Of a DNA stretch of 64,000 nucleotides, positions 39,668 to 51,500 are shown in pieces. Each line of letters begins with the position of its first letter. Position 1 is the stretch's first letter. The position numbers were made by a program, and so were the translations under genes. The notes under the pieces are model-generated. The model searched no databases, was not told the DNA's origin, and saw only the letters and a list, made by a program, of their open reading frames with translations. Source of the DNA: Coleofasciculus sp. B1-GNL1-01 (lineage in GTDB: Bacteria; Cyanobacteriota; Cyanobacteriia; Cyanobacteriales; Coleofasciculaceae); assembly GCA_040220235.1 (NCBI GenBank), contig JAVJTO010000102.1; one strand, given 5' to 3'.

Positions 39668-40852
39668 ATGCCAGCCAAAATACTGGTTGTCGATGATGAA
39701 CCCGACATAGAACCCCTAATCCGTCAAAAATTCAGAAAAAAGATTCGGCGCAAAGAATTCCAGTTTAGCTTTGCCTGTAATGGTGTGGACGCCCTAGAAA
39801 AGATACAAGCTGACTCTGATATTGATATGGTTTTAACCGATATTAATATGCCCCAAATGGACGGGTTAGCCTTGCTGATGAAACTGGCAGCAGACTATCC
39901 AGCGATTAAAACCGTGATCCTGTCCGCTTATGGGGATATGAACAATATTCGAGCGGCGATGAACTTAGGCGCGTTTGATTTTCTCACCAAACCCATTGAT
40001 TTTCAAGACTTAGAAATTACCACCTACAAAACCCTCAACCATGTCCAGCAAATCAAACAAGCCTTAGCCCAAAAAAACTATCTCAAGCGCTTAGAAGCCG
40101 AAAACCTCCGCCTCAACACCGAACTCGATATTACCCGACGACTGCAACAGATGCTGTTACCCACAGAAACAGAACTACATCAAATTCAGGGACTCGATAT
40201 CGCTGGGTATATGCAACCCGCCAATGAAGTCGGGGGAGACTATTACGACGTACTGCAACACAATGGCAGGGTGAAAATTGGCATCGGCGATATCACGGGT
40301 CACGGATTAGCCAGTGGTGTCCTGATGCTGATGGTACAAACGGCGGTGCGGACATTGCTGGTCAATAATGAGACCAACACCGTTAACTTTTTCAGTACCC
40401 TCAACCAAACGATTTACCACAACCTACAACGGATGCGCTGCGACAAGAACTTAAGCCTGGTCTTAATCGACTATCATCAGGGAACTCTAACTGTGAGTGG
40501 ACAACATGAGCAAATGATTGTGCTACGCTCTGAAGGTAGGATTGAGCGAATTGATACGATTGATTTAGGCTTCCCCATTGGTTTGGCAGAGGCTATTGCC
40601 GACTTTGTGGCGGAAGCGACCGTACAGTTGTATCCCGGTGATGGAGTTGTCCTCTATACCGACGGGATTACAGAAGCCGAAGATATTAATGGGGTGCAAT
40701 ATGGGCTAGAACGGCTGTGTCAAGTCTTAAGTAACAACTGGCACAAGTCAGCCTGTGAGATTAAACAGGCAGTTATTGACCAAGTGTGGCAGCATATTGG
40801 AAACCAGAAAGTTCATGATGATATCACCTTACTTATTCTTAAGCAGCAGTGA
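39668..40852 (+). CDS. REC - SpoIIE/PP2C (RsbU-like) phosphatase
   Basis: ILVVDDE..TDINMP; EVGGDYYD, GDITGHG, LYTDGITEA, HDDITL. Confidence 0.92.
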   Translation: MPAKILVVDDEPDIEPLIRQKFRKKIRRKEFQFSFACNGVDALEKIQADSDIDMVLTDINMPQMDGLALLMKLAADYPAIKTVILSAYGDMNNIRAAMNLGAFDFLTKPIDFQDLEITTYKTLNHVQQIKQALAQKNYLKRLEAENLRLNTELDITRRLQQMLLPTETELHQIQGLDIAGYMQPANEVGGDYYDVLQHNGRVKIGIGDITGHGLASGVLMLMVQTAVRTLLVNNETNTVNFFSTLNQTIYHNLQRMRCDKNLSLVLIDYHQGTLTVSGQHEQMIVLRSEGRIERIDTIDLGFPIGLAEAIADFVAEATVQLYPGDGVVLYTDGITEAEDINGVQYGLERLCQVLSNNWHKSACEIKQAVIDQVWQHIGNQKVHDDITLLILKQQ

Positions 40853-40950
40853 TTGGTCATTGGTCATTGGTCATTGGTCATTGGTCATTGGTCATTGGTC
40901 ATTGGTCATTGGTCATTGGTCATTGGTCATTGGTCATTGGTCATTGGTCA
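40853..40950. repeat. STRR2-type tandem heptamer (TTGGTCA)14
   Basis: 14 perfect copies (98 bp) directly after the SpoIIE stop codon. Confidence 0.95.
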
Positions 40951-41049
40951 GGGAATAGAGAATAGGGAATAGAGTCGAGGTGTTCCCTATCTCCCAGACG
41001 TTCCACGGTCACGTCTCTACAGTCAGCCCATCCTTATCAGGCAAAAACA

Positions 41050-43974
41050 ATGCCAGCAAAAATACTGGTTGTCGATGATGAACCTGATTTAGAAGTCCTA
41101 ATTCGCCAGAAGTTTAGAAAAAAAATTCGGCGTCAGGAACTCCTGTTTATTTTCGCCCGGAATGGTGTAGATGCTTTGGGAAAACTGCACGCCCAACCGC
41201 ATATTGATATGGTTTTAACCGATATTAATATGCCCGAAATGGATGGGTTAACCTTGCTGACACACCTCGCCCAAGATTATCCCACCACTAAAGCTGTGAT
41301 TCTTTCTGCCTATGGGGATATGGAAAATATCCGCAAAGCCATGAATCTGGGAGCGTTTGACTTCCTGACTAAACCTATCGATTTCCAAGATTTAGAGATT
41401 ACCACCCATAAAACCCTAAACCATGTGCAACAGCTCAAAGCCGCACAACAGCAGGAGAGTTTGGCACAACAAGCGCAAGCTGACTTATTAGAAAATCTAC
41501 GCCAAGAAGTGATTGAGCGCAAGCGCGTCCAAGAGGCATTACGGGCGAGTGAGAGACAGTTGGCACAATTTCTAGAAGCTGTACCCGTAGGCTTATTTGT
41601 CGTTGATGCTGAGGGTCAATCTCACTATGCAAACCAACGGGCGCAACAACTTGTCGGAAAAGAGATGATACCGGGTGCAACGGTTGAAGAATTGTCCCAA
41701 GTTTATCAAATCTACGTCGCCGGAACTAATCAACTCTACCCCACCGAGGAAAACCCCATCGTGCGAGCCTTATGGGGGGAACGAGTCACTGTGGATAATC
41801 TGGAAATTCATCGCGGGGATCAAGTGATTCCCTTGGAAGTCTGGGCAACTCCCATCTATAATGAACAGGGTGAAATTGTTTATGCGATCGCGGCTTTTCA
41901 AGATATCAGTCTCCACAAGCAAGCTGAAGCAGAACGGCTTCAGTTTACCCAAGCCTTAGAACAACAGAATGCGGCGTTGCAGCGCCTAGACCAACTCAAA
42001 GATGAGTTTTTAGCCAATACCTCCCACGAACTACGGACTCCCCTGAATGGCATTATTGGCATTACTGAATCCCTCATCGATGGGGCGGCGGGTTCCCTGT
42101 CTGAGATGCAAATCGCGAATCTGGCAATGGTTGTTTCCAGTGGGAAGCGCCTGAACAGCCTCATTAATGATATTTTGGATTTTGCCAAACTGAAAAACCA
42201 AGATATCAAATTACACCGCAAATCAGTGGACTTTCGCCAAATCACGGAAGTGGTGCTTACCCTATCTCGCCCCCTGATTAAGGGCAAATCTATCGACTTA
42301 AACAATGAAATACCCACAGATTTTCCTGGTATTGATGGCGACGAGAATCGGTTGCAACAAGTTATGTATAATCTGGTGGGCAATGCGATTAAGTTTACCG
42401 AATCAGGTTCTATTACCGTGTCAGCCACCCAGCAGCAAAATATGGCAGAAATAACGGTGGCAGATACGGGGATTGGTATTTCCCTGGATAAATTCGAGGA
42501 TATTTTTAAATCTTTTGAGCAACTTAACGCCTCGGTTTCCCATTCCTCTAGGGGGACAGGATTAGGATTAAGTATTACCAAACAACTGATTGAACTTCAC
42601 GGCGGTAGGATTCGCGTTGAGTCAGAAGTGGGTCAAGGTTCACGATTTATTTTCACGCTTCCTCTCAGTTTCCAACCGATTGCATCTTCATCAGACTATA
42701 GAACGGATATTACCAAAGTACGGGACTATAGTAACTCTTTTCCCAGTGAACTGTTGCCCCTGATGTCTAAAACGGGCGAGTTCACGATTTTAGTGGTAGA
42801 CGACGAACCGATTAATTTGCAGGTAGTGACGAATCACTTATCTGTACAAAATTATGCCATTGTTCAAGCCACCAGTGGGATAGAGGCTTTAGCCAAAATC
42901 GAGCAGGGATTTAAACCGGATCTGGTGATTCTAGATATTATGATGCCCAAAATGTCAGGCTACGAAGTCTGCCAAAAAATTCGCGAACGCTTTCCAGCCA
43001 CTGAAGTACCAATTATTATGTTGACGGCGAAGGAACAAGTCTCAGATTTAGTGGAAGGGTTGAGTGTGGGCGCGAATGATTATTTAACTAAACCGATTTC
43101 TAAACATGAATTGATTGCCCGGATCAAAACCCATCTTTATCTGGCGAAAATCAATAGTGCTTATGGGCGCTTTGTTCCCCAAGAATTTCTCCGCTTTTTG
43201 GGCTATGAAAGCATTGTGGATGTGCGCTTGGGAGATCAGGTGCAGCAGGATATGTCGATTATGTTTGCGGATATTCGCAATTTTACGACTCTATCAGAAA
43301 GTATGTCGCCCCAGGAGAATTTTAACTTTCTCAATTCTTATTTAAAACAAGTGGGACCAATTATCCGTAAGCATCAGGGGTTTATCGATAAATACATTGG
43401 CGACGCAATTATGGCACTGTTTCCCCAGACTGCCGATGATGGCTTAAAAGCGGCGATTGAAATCCAGAAACAGGTGACACGTTATAACCGCGATCGCGAA
43501 AAAGCAGGGTATCCTTCAATTACCATTGGCATTGGCTTACATACAGGCAGTTTAATGCTAGGAACCATTGGGGAACAGCAGCGCATGGAAACTACCGTAA
43601 TTTCTGATACGGTTAACCTAGCATCACGCTTAGAAGATTTGACAAAAATCTACGGGGCATCCATTTTAATTAGTGGTTACACTTTGTTTTGTTTAGAGGA
43701 TCAAAGTCAATATCACTATCGATTTATCGGTCAGGTGCAGGTTAAAGGTAAAAAAAACTTGGTTCCAGTCTTTGAATTTTTTGATGCGGAACCGGAGTAT
43801 ATCATCCAATTAAAAGAAAATACTAAAACCACATTTGAAGCAGGAATCGTTAATTTTAATCAAAATAAAATTGATGTAGCTTTGAGAATATTTGAACATA
43901 TTATAGCAATTAATTGGCGCGATAGAGCGGCGCTTAATTACATTAAACTTTGTAAAAGGACACGACCACAATAG
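41050..43974 (+). CDS. Cytoplasmic REC-PAS-HisKA/HATPase-REC-adenylate cyclase hybrid
   Basis: N-terminal [15 protein letters not shown]; second [34 protein letters not shown]. Confidence 0.93.
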   Translation: MPAKILVVDDEPDLEVLIRQKFRKKIRRQELLFIFARNGVDALGKLHAQPHIDMVLTDINMPEMDGLTLLTHLAQDYPTTKAVILSAYGDMENIRKAMNLGAFDFLTKPIDFQDLEITTHKTLNHVQQLKAAQQQESLAQQAQADLLENLRQEVIERKRVQEALRASERQLAQFLEAVPVGLFVVDAEGQSHYANQRAQQLVGKEMIPGATVEELSQVYQIYVAGTNQLYPTEENPIVRALWGERVTVDNLEIHRGDQVIPLEVWATPIYNEQGEIVYAIAAFQDISLHKQAEAERLQFTQALEQQNAALQRLDQLKDEFLANTSHELRTPLNGIIGITESLIDGAAGSLSEMQIANLAMVVSSGKRLNSLINDILDFAKLKNQDIKLHRKSVDFRQITEVVLTLSRPLIKGKSIDLNNEIPTDFPGIDGDENRLQQVMYNLVGNAIKFTESGSITVSATQQQNMAEITVADTGIGISLDKFEDIFKSFEQLNASVSHSSRGTGLGLSITKQLIELHGGRIRVESEVGQGSRFIFTLPLSFQPIASSSDYRTDITKVRDYSNSFPSELLPLMSKTGEFTILVVDDEPINLQVVTNHLSVQNYAIVQATSGIEALAKIEQGFKPDLVILDIMMPKMSGYEVCQKIRERFPATEVPIIMLTAKEQVSDLVEGLSVGANDYLTKPISKHELIARIKTHLYLAKINSAYGRFVPQEFLRFLGYESIVDVRLGDQVQQDMSIMFADIRNFTTLSESMSPQENFNFLNSYLKQVGPIIRKHQGFIDKYIGDAIMALFPQTADDGLKAAIEIQKQVTRYNRDREKAGYPSITIGIGLHTGSLMLGTIGEQQRMETTVISDTVNLASRLEDLTKIYGASILISGYTLFCLEDQSQYHYRFIGQVQVKGKKNLVPVFEFFDAEPEYIIQLKENTKTTFEAGIVNFNQNKIDVALRIFEHIIAINWRDRAALNYIKLCKRTRPQ

Positions 43975-44022
43975 CGTTAAGTAGAGGGCTTACTTTTCAC
44001 AGCATCTGGCTGAATTAGGAAG

Positions 44023-44228
44023 TGTAGGGACAGGTTATAGGGAATGTAGGGGCGGGTTATAGGGACTGTAGGGGCGGGTTTAGGGACTAAAGACAGCTAT
44101 TCACCAATAACGGCACAACAAAACCCGCCCTCTCCACCAATAACGGCACAACAAAACCCGCCCTCTCCACCAATAACGGCACAACAAAACCCGCCCTCTC
44201 CACCAATAACGGCACAACAAAACCCGCC
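44023..44228. repeat. REP-like GTAGGGGCGGGTT arms plus four tandem 33-bp units
   Basis: CACCAATAACGGCACAACAAAACCCGCCCTCTC at 44102, 44135, 44168 and 44201 (last copy partial), with no spacers. Confidence 0.9.
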
Positions 44229-44306
44229 TTTATGTATAATCTAATCTCAACCGTTAACTTTAATCGTCTCCACCCAGTTAAAAGAAACAGAAAACCGATT
44301 TCCGCC

Positions 44307-44933
44307 TTACAGGGGAATCAGTTCTGGAAAATTCACCAATAGCTGTTCATCAGTCAATTCATCACCAAACTGAGCCGGAGAAAAGTGAACTTGGATCGCT
44401 CGCAAGTATCCCTGATAATGGAGATTAATTAACGCTTTGAGACCCTCTTCTAGTGCCTCTATATCTGCCAGATTAGTTTCCATTTCCGGCACTTCCCCTT
44501 CAAACGCCACAGTAATCATCACAATTAAATTACGAGTGACGGGTAACGATAGCGATTCATCCTCTGAAGCATATCCATTGAAATCAGGCTCACTCAAATA
44601 CCGTTGAGCCGAATCAGTAAATAACTCACTCACATAATCCCCTGCTTCCCCTTCATCCCAAAACACATCCCCTTCATTCGCCGCCGATTGCCAATAGGTA
44701 TTGTACTGTAAGAGGTTCTGGCAAATATCCACCAGTCCTTCACCGAGAACAGTTAAGTCTCCGTCGGATTCAACCGCATCTCGCGCCGCCCGATTCAGCA
44801 CTCCCAATAACGGTGCGACTTCTGTACCGCTTAAATGAACAAACAACCGACAGACAACCAGTCGGGTTTTACCACTCAGTTTATTGAAGCGATCGCGCCA
44901 CGAACTCATAGACTGCTCCTCTGCTGGCTCCAA
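44307..44933 (-). CDS. DUF1517-like conserved cyanobacterial protein
   Basis: RLFVHL, WQSAANEGDVFWDEGEAGDY, ELTDEQLLVNFPELIPL; likely start MSSWRDRF at 44909. Confidence 0.7.
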   Translation of the reverse strand: MEPAEEQSMSSWRDRFNKLSGKTRLVVCRLFVHLSGTEVAPLLGVLNRAARDAVESDGDLTVLGEGLVDICQNLLQYNTYWQSAANEGDVFWDEGEAGDYVSELFTDSAQRYLSEPDFNGYASEDESLSLPVTRNLIVMITVAFEGEVPEMETNLADIEALEEGLKALINLHYQGYLRAIQVHFSPAQFGDELTDEQLLVNFPELIPL

Positions 44934-45035
44934 ACGAAATAATATGTCACTTATGCCGATTAAAATCGTAACATAAAGTTACCCACTCTCCTGTTTATAA
45001 CGTATTATTTATAAAGTCTCTTTTGTTTTAACGCC

Positions 45036-45491
45036 ATGACACCCAGTTTACTTTTTACCATCGCGAATCTGTTCGTTTTACCCTTCTGGTTACTCATGAT
45101 TCTGCTACCGAACTGGGGGATAAGTCGAAAAGTGATGGAATCTTATTTACCATTTGTCGCCTTAGCCGGGTTATACATTTACTTCTTCGCCAACAGTATT
45201 ACACCGGAATCGGCTCAAGCCTTATCCAATCCTCAACTCGCTGATATTGCCCGCTTCTTTGGAGATGAAATCATCGCCGCCGCTGGATGGACTCATTTTT
45301 TGGTCTTGGATTTGTTTGTAGGGCGATGGATTTATTGGGAAGGACAACGGACTGGGGTGTGGACAATTCACTCCCTGGTTCTCTGTTTATTTGCTGGACC
45401 GATTGGATTATTATCTCACATTTTGACAGTTTGGATTACCCAGAAATTCTCGGCAAGTTCACCAACAGAATCAACAACTGCATCAACATAG
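45036..45491 (+). CDS. ABA4-like (DUF4281) membrane protein
   Basis: FVLPFWLLMILLPNW, AGWTHFLVLDLFVGRWIY, LFAGPIGLLSH. Confidence 0.85.
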   Translation: MTPSLLFTIANLFVLPFWLLMILLPNWGISRKVMESYLPFVALAGLYIYFFANSITPESAQALSNPQLADIARFFGDEIIAAAGWTHFLVLDLFVGRWIYWEGQRTGVWTIHSLVLCLFAGPIGLLSHILTVWITQKFSASSPTESTTAST

Positions 45492-45568
45492 ATCGGGCTT
45501 TCCACGGGAAGTCTAGGGTGGAATCCTAAAACAGTAGAGAACTTCTTGGGAAACATCTCTAAGTTAAA

Positions 45569-48500
45569 TTACTCTGGAGTACCAATACCATCACAGAGGG
45601 TGCGATCGCTCTCTGGTACTTTGGAGTTATTCTTGAGATAATCTCTTGCCCAATCACAACCTTGCTCTAACAGCTCATCTAAACTCGGACTCAAAACCAA
45701 CATACCATCATTGCCGGAAACGGTAATAGACTGGGGGCTAGGGCTAAAACTCACATCCGAAAATTCAGTCATGTTGTAAAGTTCAGTTAGTTTTAACCAC
45801 ATCCCGTTAAGAATATATAGCTGCGCCTTACCCATCTGACTGCCACCTAGGGCTAACATTTTACCGTCTTTGCTAAAATTTAGAGCATCAATATTACTTA
45901 TACTATCGTCTGGTTTCAATAAATCTATCGATTTGTCTGTACTGCTTCTCCACAGCCTGACAGCACCATTTTCGTTGGCATAAGCAAGGGTTTTACCATT
46001 GGGGCTGAACCTGACACTTGTCATTTGTTCATTATGTTGATCAATGTCTTTGAATATGCTCCCGTCAATATTCCATATTTTCACCGTTTTATCATCACTA
46101 GCAGAGGCAATTGTATTCCCATCTTTACTAAAGCTTACACTGTTGACTTTACCCTCATGCTTACCAATAGTTTGTGGAGAACTTGCATCTCCGTCAAGGT
46201 TCCAAAGTTTCACCGTTTTATCATCACTAGCAGAAGCGATTTTCTTTCCATCATCACTGAAGCTTATACTGTTGATCCAGCTTGAGTGACCTTTGAGGGT
46301 TGATTGTAAATTACGGTTTATGTCCCAGAGATTGATATTATGCTCTTGACGAGCAAGAGCAACTGTTTCACTATCTTCACTGAAACTAATAAGATTCAAA
46401 TCAATGATCCCATTGTCGAGCTTTATTAAGCTGTTATCACTCTGTCCGAAGAGAGTTTTGATATGTTCGCCATCACGACGCCAAAATCGTACTGTGTATT
46501 TAGATTTAACTTTTTTACTAGACCAACTTCTAGTACCACTAACAGAGGTAATCATCTTGCCGTTATTACTGAAACTAACCCGGTGAAATAACAAACCATC
46601 TGTGTTACCCTCATCACTTGGAACTGTCAACGTATTTATATTAGTGCCGTAACTGCTATTCCATATTTTTACTGTTTTGTCTTTACTAGCTGAGGCAATA
46701 ATTTCACTATCTGGGCTAAAACTGACGCTATAAACAACATCACTATGTCCTCGGAGGGTTTTGATTTGACTACCGTTTTTGCCATTCCAAAGCCTTACTG
46801 TATTGTCCTCACTTGCTGTTGCAATTTTCTCGCCATTACGGCTAAATTTTAAATCATAAATTGAAGCGTTATGCCCTTTAATAGTCCCCAACAAATCCCC
46901 TTTAATATTCCATAATTTAACTGTGTTGTCAGCATTGATAGACGCAAAAATATTACCGTTAGGACTAAATATCAAGCTTCCAATGCCATAATTAGCAATA
47001 GTTTTAATCTCAGAACCATTGTAGCTGTGCCAAAGCTTAATTTCGCTATTTGCTGGTCTATTTCCACCATCACTTACAGAAGCTATAATCTTACCATTTG
47101 GACTAAACTTAACACTTGTGACTCTATCGGTATGTCCAATTAAGGTTTTAATAACTTTGCTGTTCTGACGCCAAATATGAATGAGGTTATCCTCACCAAG
47201 TGAGGCAACAAACTGACCATCAGGACTAAAAATTACGCTTCTCCCTGGAAGAGTGATAATAGGTTTACCATCTCTATGCCAAAGTTGTACTACATCATTG
47301 GCTTCAATAGTAGCAATAACCTTACCATTTGGACTAAATTTGACACTTTCAATGTTAGCTCTGTGTCCAGACAATGTTTGGATAAGGATACCCTCACGAT
47401 TCCAAATCTGTACTGTATTATTTCCACTGACGGTAGCAATTCGCTGGCTATCAGGACTGATCTCAATATATTTAATATTAAAAATAGATTTTGGTAAACG
47501 CATTTTCTGGCCTTCAATAGCCCAAATTGTGACAATATCGTCAGCACTGGCAGTTGCTAGAGTCTGTCCAGTAGGACTAAAACTTAAAATCGAACTATCT
47601 GCTTGGATTATTTTAGGAGAATTACTATTTTTTTGCCATAGCTGCACTGTATTGTCAGCACGACCTTTTGCAACAGCTATACCATTCCTACTATGTGCTA
47701 ATTTGATGGTGCGACTATTCTCAGTATTAGATCCGTTTGAAGTTTTTTCAAAACGCCAAATTTTGATAGTATTATCTTGACTGGCTGATGCTAACAATTT
47801 CCCATTCGGACTCAGACTCAGAGAAGTAATAGCATCGTTGTGATTTAATTCCTCTATATAATAACAACCTATAGAGTCTTTTTTTGCCAAAACAACTCTA
47901 TCTTTATAGTAAATATTGTCTAGACTATATGCCGCCAAATTGCTATAATAATTGACACTGATATTACTTATTTTTTCTGTATCACAACTATTGGTACTCT
48001 TTACCAAAAAATTTTCATTTATGCCATTGAAAATATTAATATGCCATTGTTTTGTTGAACCATCTTTATTGACTATATCAATAGTACTTTTATCAGAGTT
48101 AAATTGCATACTCATAGCACCATAGTTATCGATTTCGCCTATAAGTTTGCCATTAATATTCCAAAATTTAACTGTGTCATATTGACTACCCATAGCCAAG
48201 ATAGTGCTGTCAGGAATAAAACGCAATGTTGTTACATCACCAATCTCAATAATTGCTTTTGGTTTTCCATCACGGTTCCAAATTTTTACAGTTTTATCTC
48301 CACCAGCCGTGGCTAACAGTTTGCCGTTGGGACTAAACGCAACAGTTGTAACACCATCTTGATGAGCGTTCCAATCCTTGATTAGGTTGCCATTTATATC
48401 CCAGAGTTTTACCATTCCGTCTTGACTAACAGAAGCTAACCGTTTGCCATTGGGACTAAACATTGTGCTATTAACAGCATTCGTGTGTCCTTTCAAAATT

Positions 48501-51500
48501 CCAATGGAACTACCATCAAGATTCCAGAGTCTTACTGTTTTATCCTCACTGGCTGTAGCGATTATGTCGCCTTTAGGACTAAAGCTAATATGCGTAACAG
48601 TCCCTTCGTGTCCTTCTAGTCGATTACTTTCTGTTACTCCATTTAGCGCCTGATTCAGTTCTGCCAAAACTCTGAGTCTTGTACCTGGTATTGTTGCCAT
48701 GGATAACAAGGGTTGTTTTAGCATCTTCCCTGCTTTTAGCGCAGATACAACTCGATCAAGTTCTTCTTTCTGAGTTGAGACAGACGTAAGATTTGTCAAG
48801 TACAGATTGATACCAACAACTGTAGCGGTTAGGGCAACTCCCCCAATTACTGCTAGGAGTCCAGCTAGAGTTAAAGTTGCTCGGCGTGCTGCTCGAAGTT
48901 GCTGTTTGAGAACCTGATTTAGCTTGGCTTCAGTTAACTTTCTTTGTTCTCTTTCTTTCTCCAATTCGGCAACTAATCGCGCTGATTGTTGCTGACGAAC
49001 AAATGGGACTAAATAATCATGAACCAGTTGATAGCGGTCAGCCGGAGAAGCGGGTACTCTCAACACTAATCCTGATTTCACCAAGACATCTAACACTAGG
49101 GTCAGGGTTTCTAGTTTAACGTCAAGCTCTAATTCTAAATCAGCACGGGTTTTCAGGGGACGAGTATTATTCTCATCGGTTAATAAATATAATACTAATT
49201 TGGCAATCTGCTCGTTTTCAGAACCACAATCTTTAACCACTTCTTCTAAAAATCGTCCCACCAGTACTTCCTTGGGACCCTTTTCACGATACTGTTTTAG
49301 AGTGGTAATTTTCTCGGTTTGTAACTGCGATCCCACAACCTGTAACTCGATGGGACGGACTTCTCCTAAATGTCCCGCTAAATCACTCACCAATTCATCG
49401 ATCAGGGCTTCCTCTAAGAAAAACTGACTTTGAGCGGTTAAACTTTGAATTACTGATTTAGTATCTGCTGGAGAAAAATTGCCCAAGTAGTAAATAATTA
49501 ACTTATCGAGAATATTATTGTTGATCACTTCCAACATTGTCAGTCGATTAAACTCTAACAAGTAATGGAGATAGTCCTCACGCAACGATAAAATAACCTT
49601 GACATAAGGAATATCTAAACAGTCTCGCAGAAATTCATAAAACGGCAACCGTTGCTGAGTGTCTTTATAGATAAAGAAAAACTCTTCAAATTGATCAAAG
49701 ATTAAAACCGTTAGTAGATTTCGATCAGCATTCTTGTTCAATTCTTCAATCACGGCTGTTGTATCTAGCGGTTCGGTCAAACGAATAGCTTTAACCGCTT
49801 TAAGAGATTCAGCCAAACATTGACCCAATTCCTGACGCCAATCAGTATAGACTTGGAGCAAAACAGGTAAAATATCGCGAATACCGATCGCTTCCCCTTG
49901 TAACACAGGAATTAAGCCAGCTTGGACAATTGAGCTTTTGCCCACCCCAGATTGCCCATAAATAACCGTCAGTTTGTGATCAATGCGTCCGAGGCGTTCC
50001 AATAAACGTTGGACATCTTGTTGTCTCCCAGAGGCGGCTATTTCTTGAGTGATTGTTTCTTTCGTTTCACCAGGTAGCAAACTTGAACTGATGGCTTCTT
50101 GTTTGGGTTGTAACCGACCTGCACCAATAAAGGCTCGAAAGCCATAGCGTTGTTCAATTTCCCGCTGTTTTTGCTTAATTTCAAAAGCCTTTAAATACTG
50201 ACCGTGCTGGAAGTAAGTGTCTCGTAATGCTTGTAAAATTTGAATATACAGTTCCGGTTCATAGTGAGGTTGGGTTTGTTTCCTAGCAGTTTCAAGCTGG
50301 TCGATCGCCTCAGCATTTTGACCTAAACCTCGTTGCGCTCTCGCTAAGGCGAAATGATACCACCCTTGATCATAAAAACGCACCCAGTCTACATCTCCTG
50401 TAGAGGGGGAATCGGAACTCGATTCCAGATAGGATTGGACTAAGGTGAGAGCGTTTTGAGCCAAGGTTTGCGCCTCACTCCAATCAGATTTAGCCAAGGC
50501 GACTTCCGCCAAAAAGCCATACACCCGCGCTAGTCTAAAGGGTTCAGAGTGAGTTTGATGCAGTTCCAACGCCTTTTCAGCTAAGGCAGCTAACTCATCC
50601 CACTGTTTTAACCGTTGGAGAATTTCGCCTACAGCATTAATAAATTTAGTCACTAATTCTGGCTGTTGACATTGCTCAAATACTGCCACACATTGTTGAA
50701 AATACCCCTTAGCGCGATCGCACGCCATTTCATACTCAGCCCGATGTCTAACTGCATAGGTGCGCCAACCGATTCCTAGGCTGTACAGAACGCATCCGAG
50801 ACGCTGGTTAATGTATTGATTTCGAGAGGAGACGTCGGGGGAAACCGTGGTCTGTTTTTCTGACTCTGGATCATCTAAATCCCCCGGCAAACAGTGCTGC
50901 CACAGTGCTAAACTTTGCTCATAGTGTTGCTGTGACTCGTCAGACACACCATCGGCTATTCGACCTAAAATAAATTGCCAACTAGCTTCTAGTTCTGGGG
51001 TGAATGTGATTCCCTGATGTTGTAGTTCTTGGTAGGCAGATTTAAGTTCAGCACGAAGGGGAGATCCTTTCCCTAAATTTAGCGCCACATTACTTAAGAA
51101 TTTACCTGCACCTGTCTCTAAGACTTGGCTAAAAATCTGATCCGCCGTTTGCTGAATTAACTGAATTAACTGTTCTGGACTACTGGAAAAACGAATGGTT
51201 TTTGTCCAACTTTCCAAATCTGGCGCTAACTGCATCAACTGACGCAAAACGTCATCAGTCACCCACCATACAATCGGAAACGAGAACTGTTTGCGAAACT
51301 CTTCTCGCACCTGGTTAGCCGCCGTGAGTACAGAACCTAAATTGGGTAAAGCTTCCAAGCCAAATACCATTAAAGCCGATGGCTGTTCATCCCCCAATTG
51401 AGCTTTAAGGGTGGCAAATAATCGCTTCACTGATTGATCTAAAACCACTTCCCGCCATTCAACCGGGGAACTGTCTCGCAACTGCTGCACTATCTGCGAT

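Noticed and set aside
40755..40958. ORF encoding WSLVIGH repeats
   Set aside because: Translation of the (TTGGTCA)14 STRR array.
41940..42581. 213-aa antisense ORF (and similar ones at 25568, 47253, 59286, 61829)
   Set aside because: Shadow frames of well-supported HK, WD40, pentapeptide and NACHT genes.
44102..44228. 33-bp direct repeats resembling a CRISPR array
   Set aside because: Units are contiguous with no unique spacers and there are no cas genes; they are expansions of one arm of a REP-like element.
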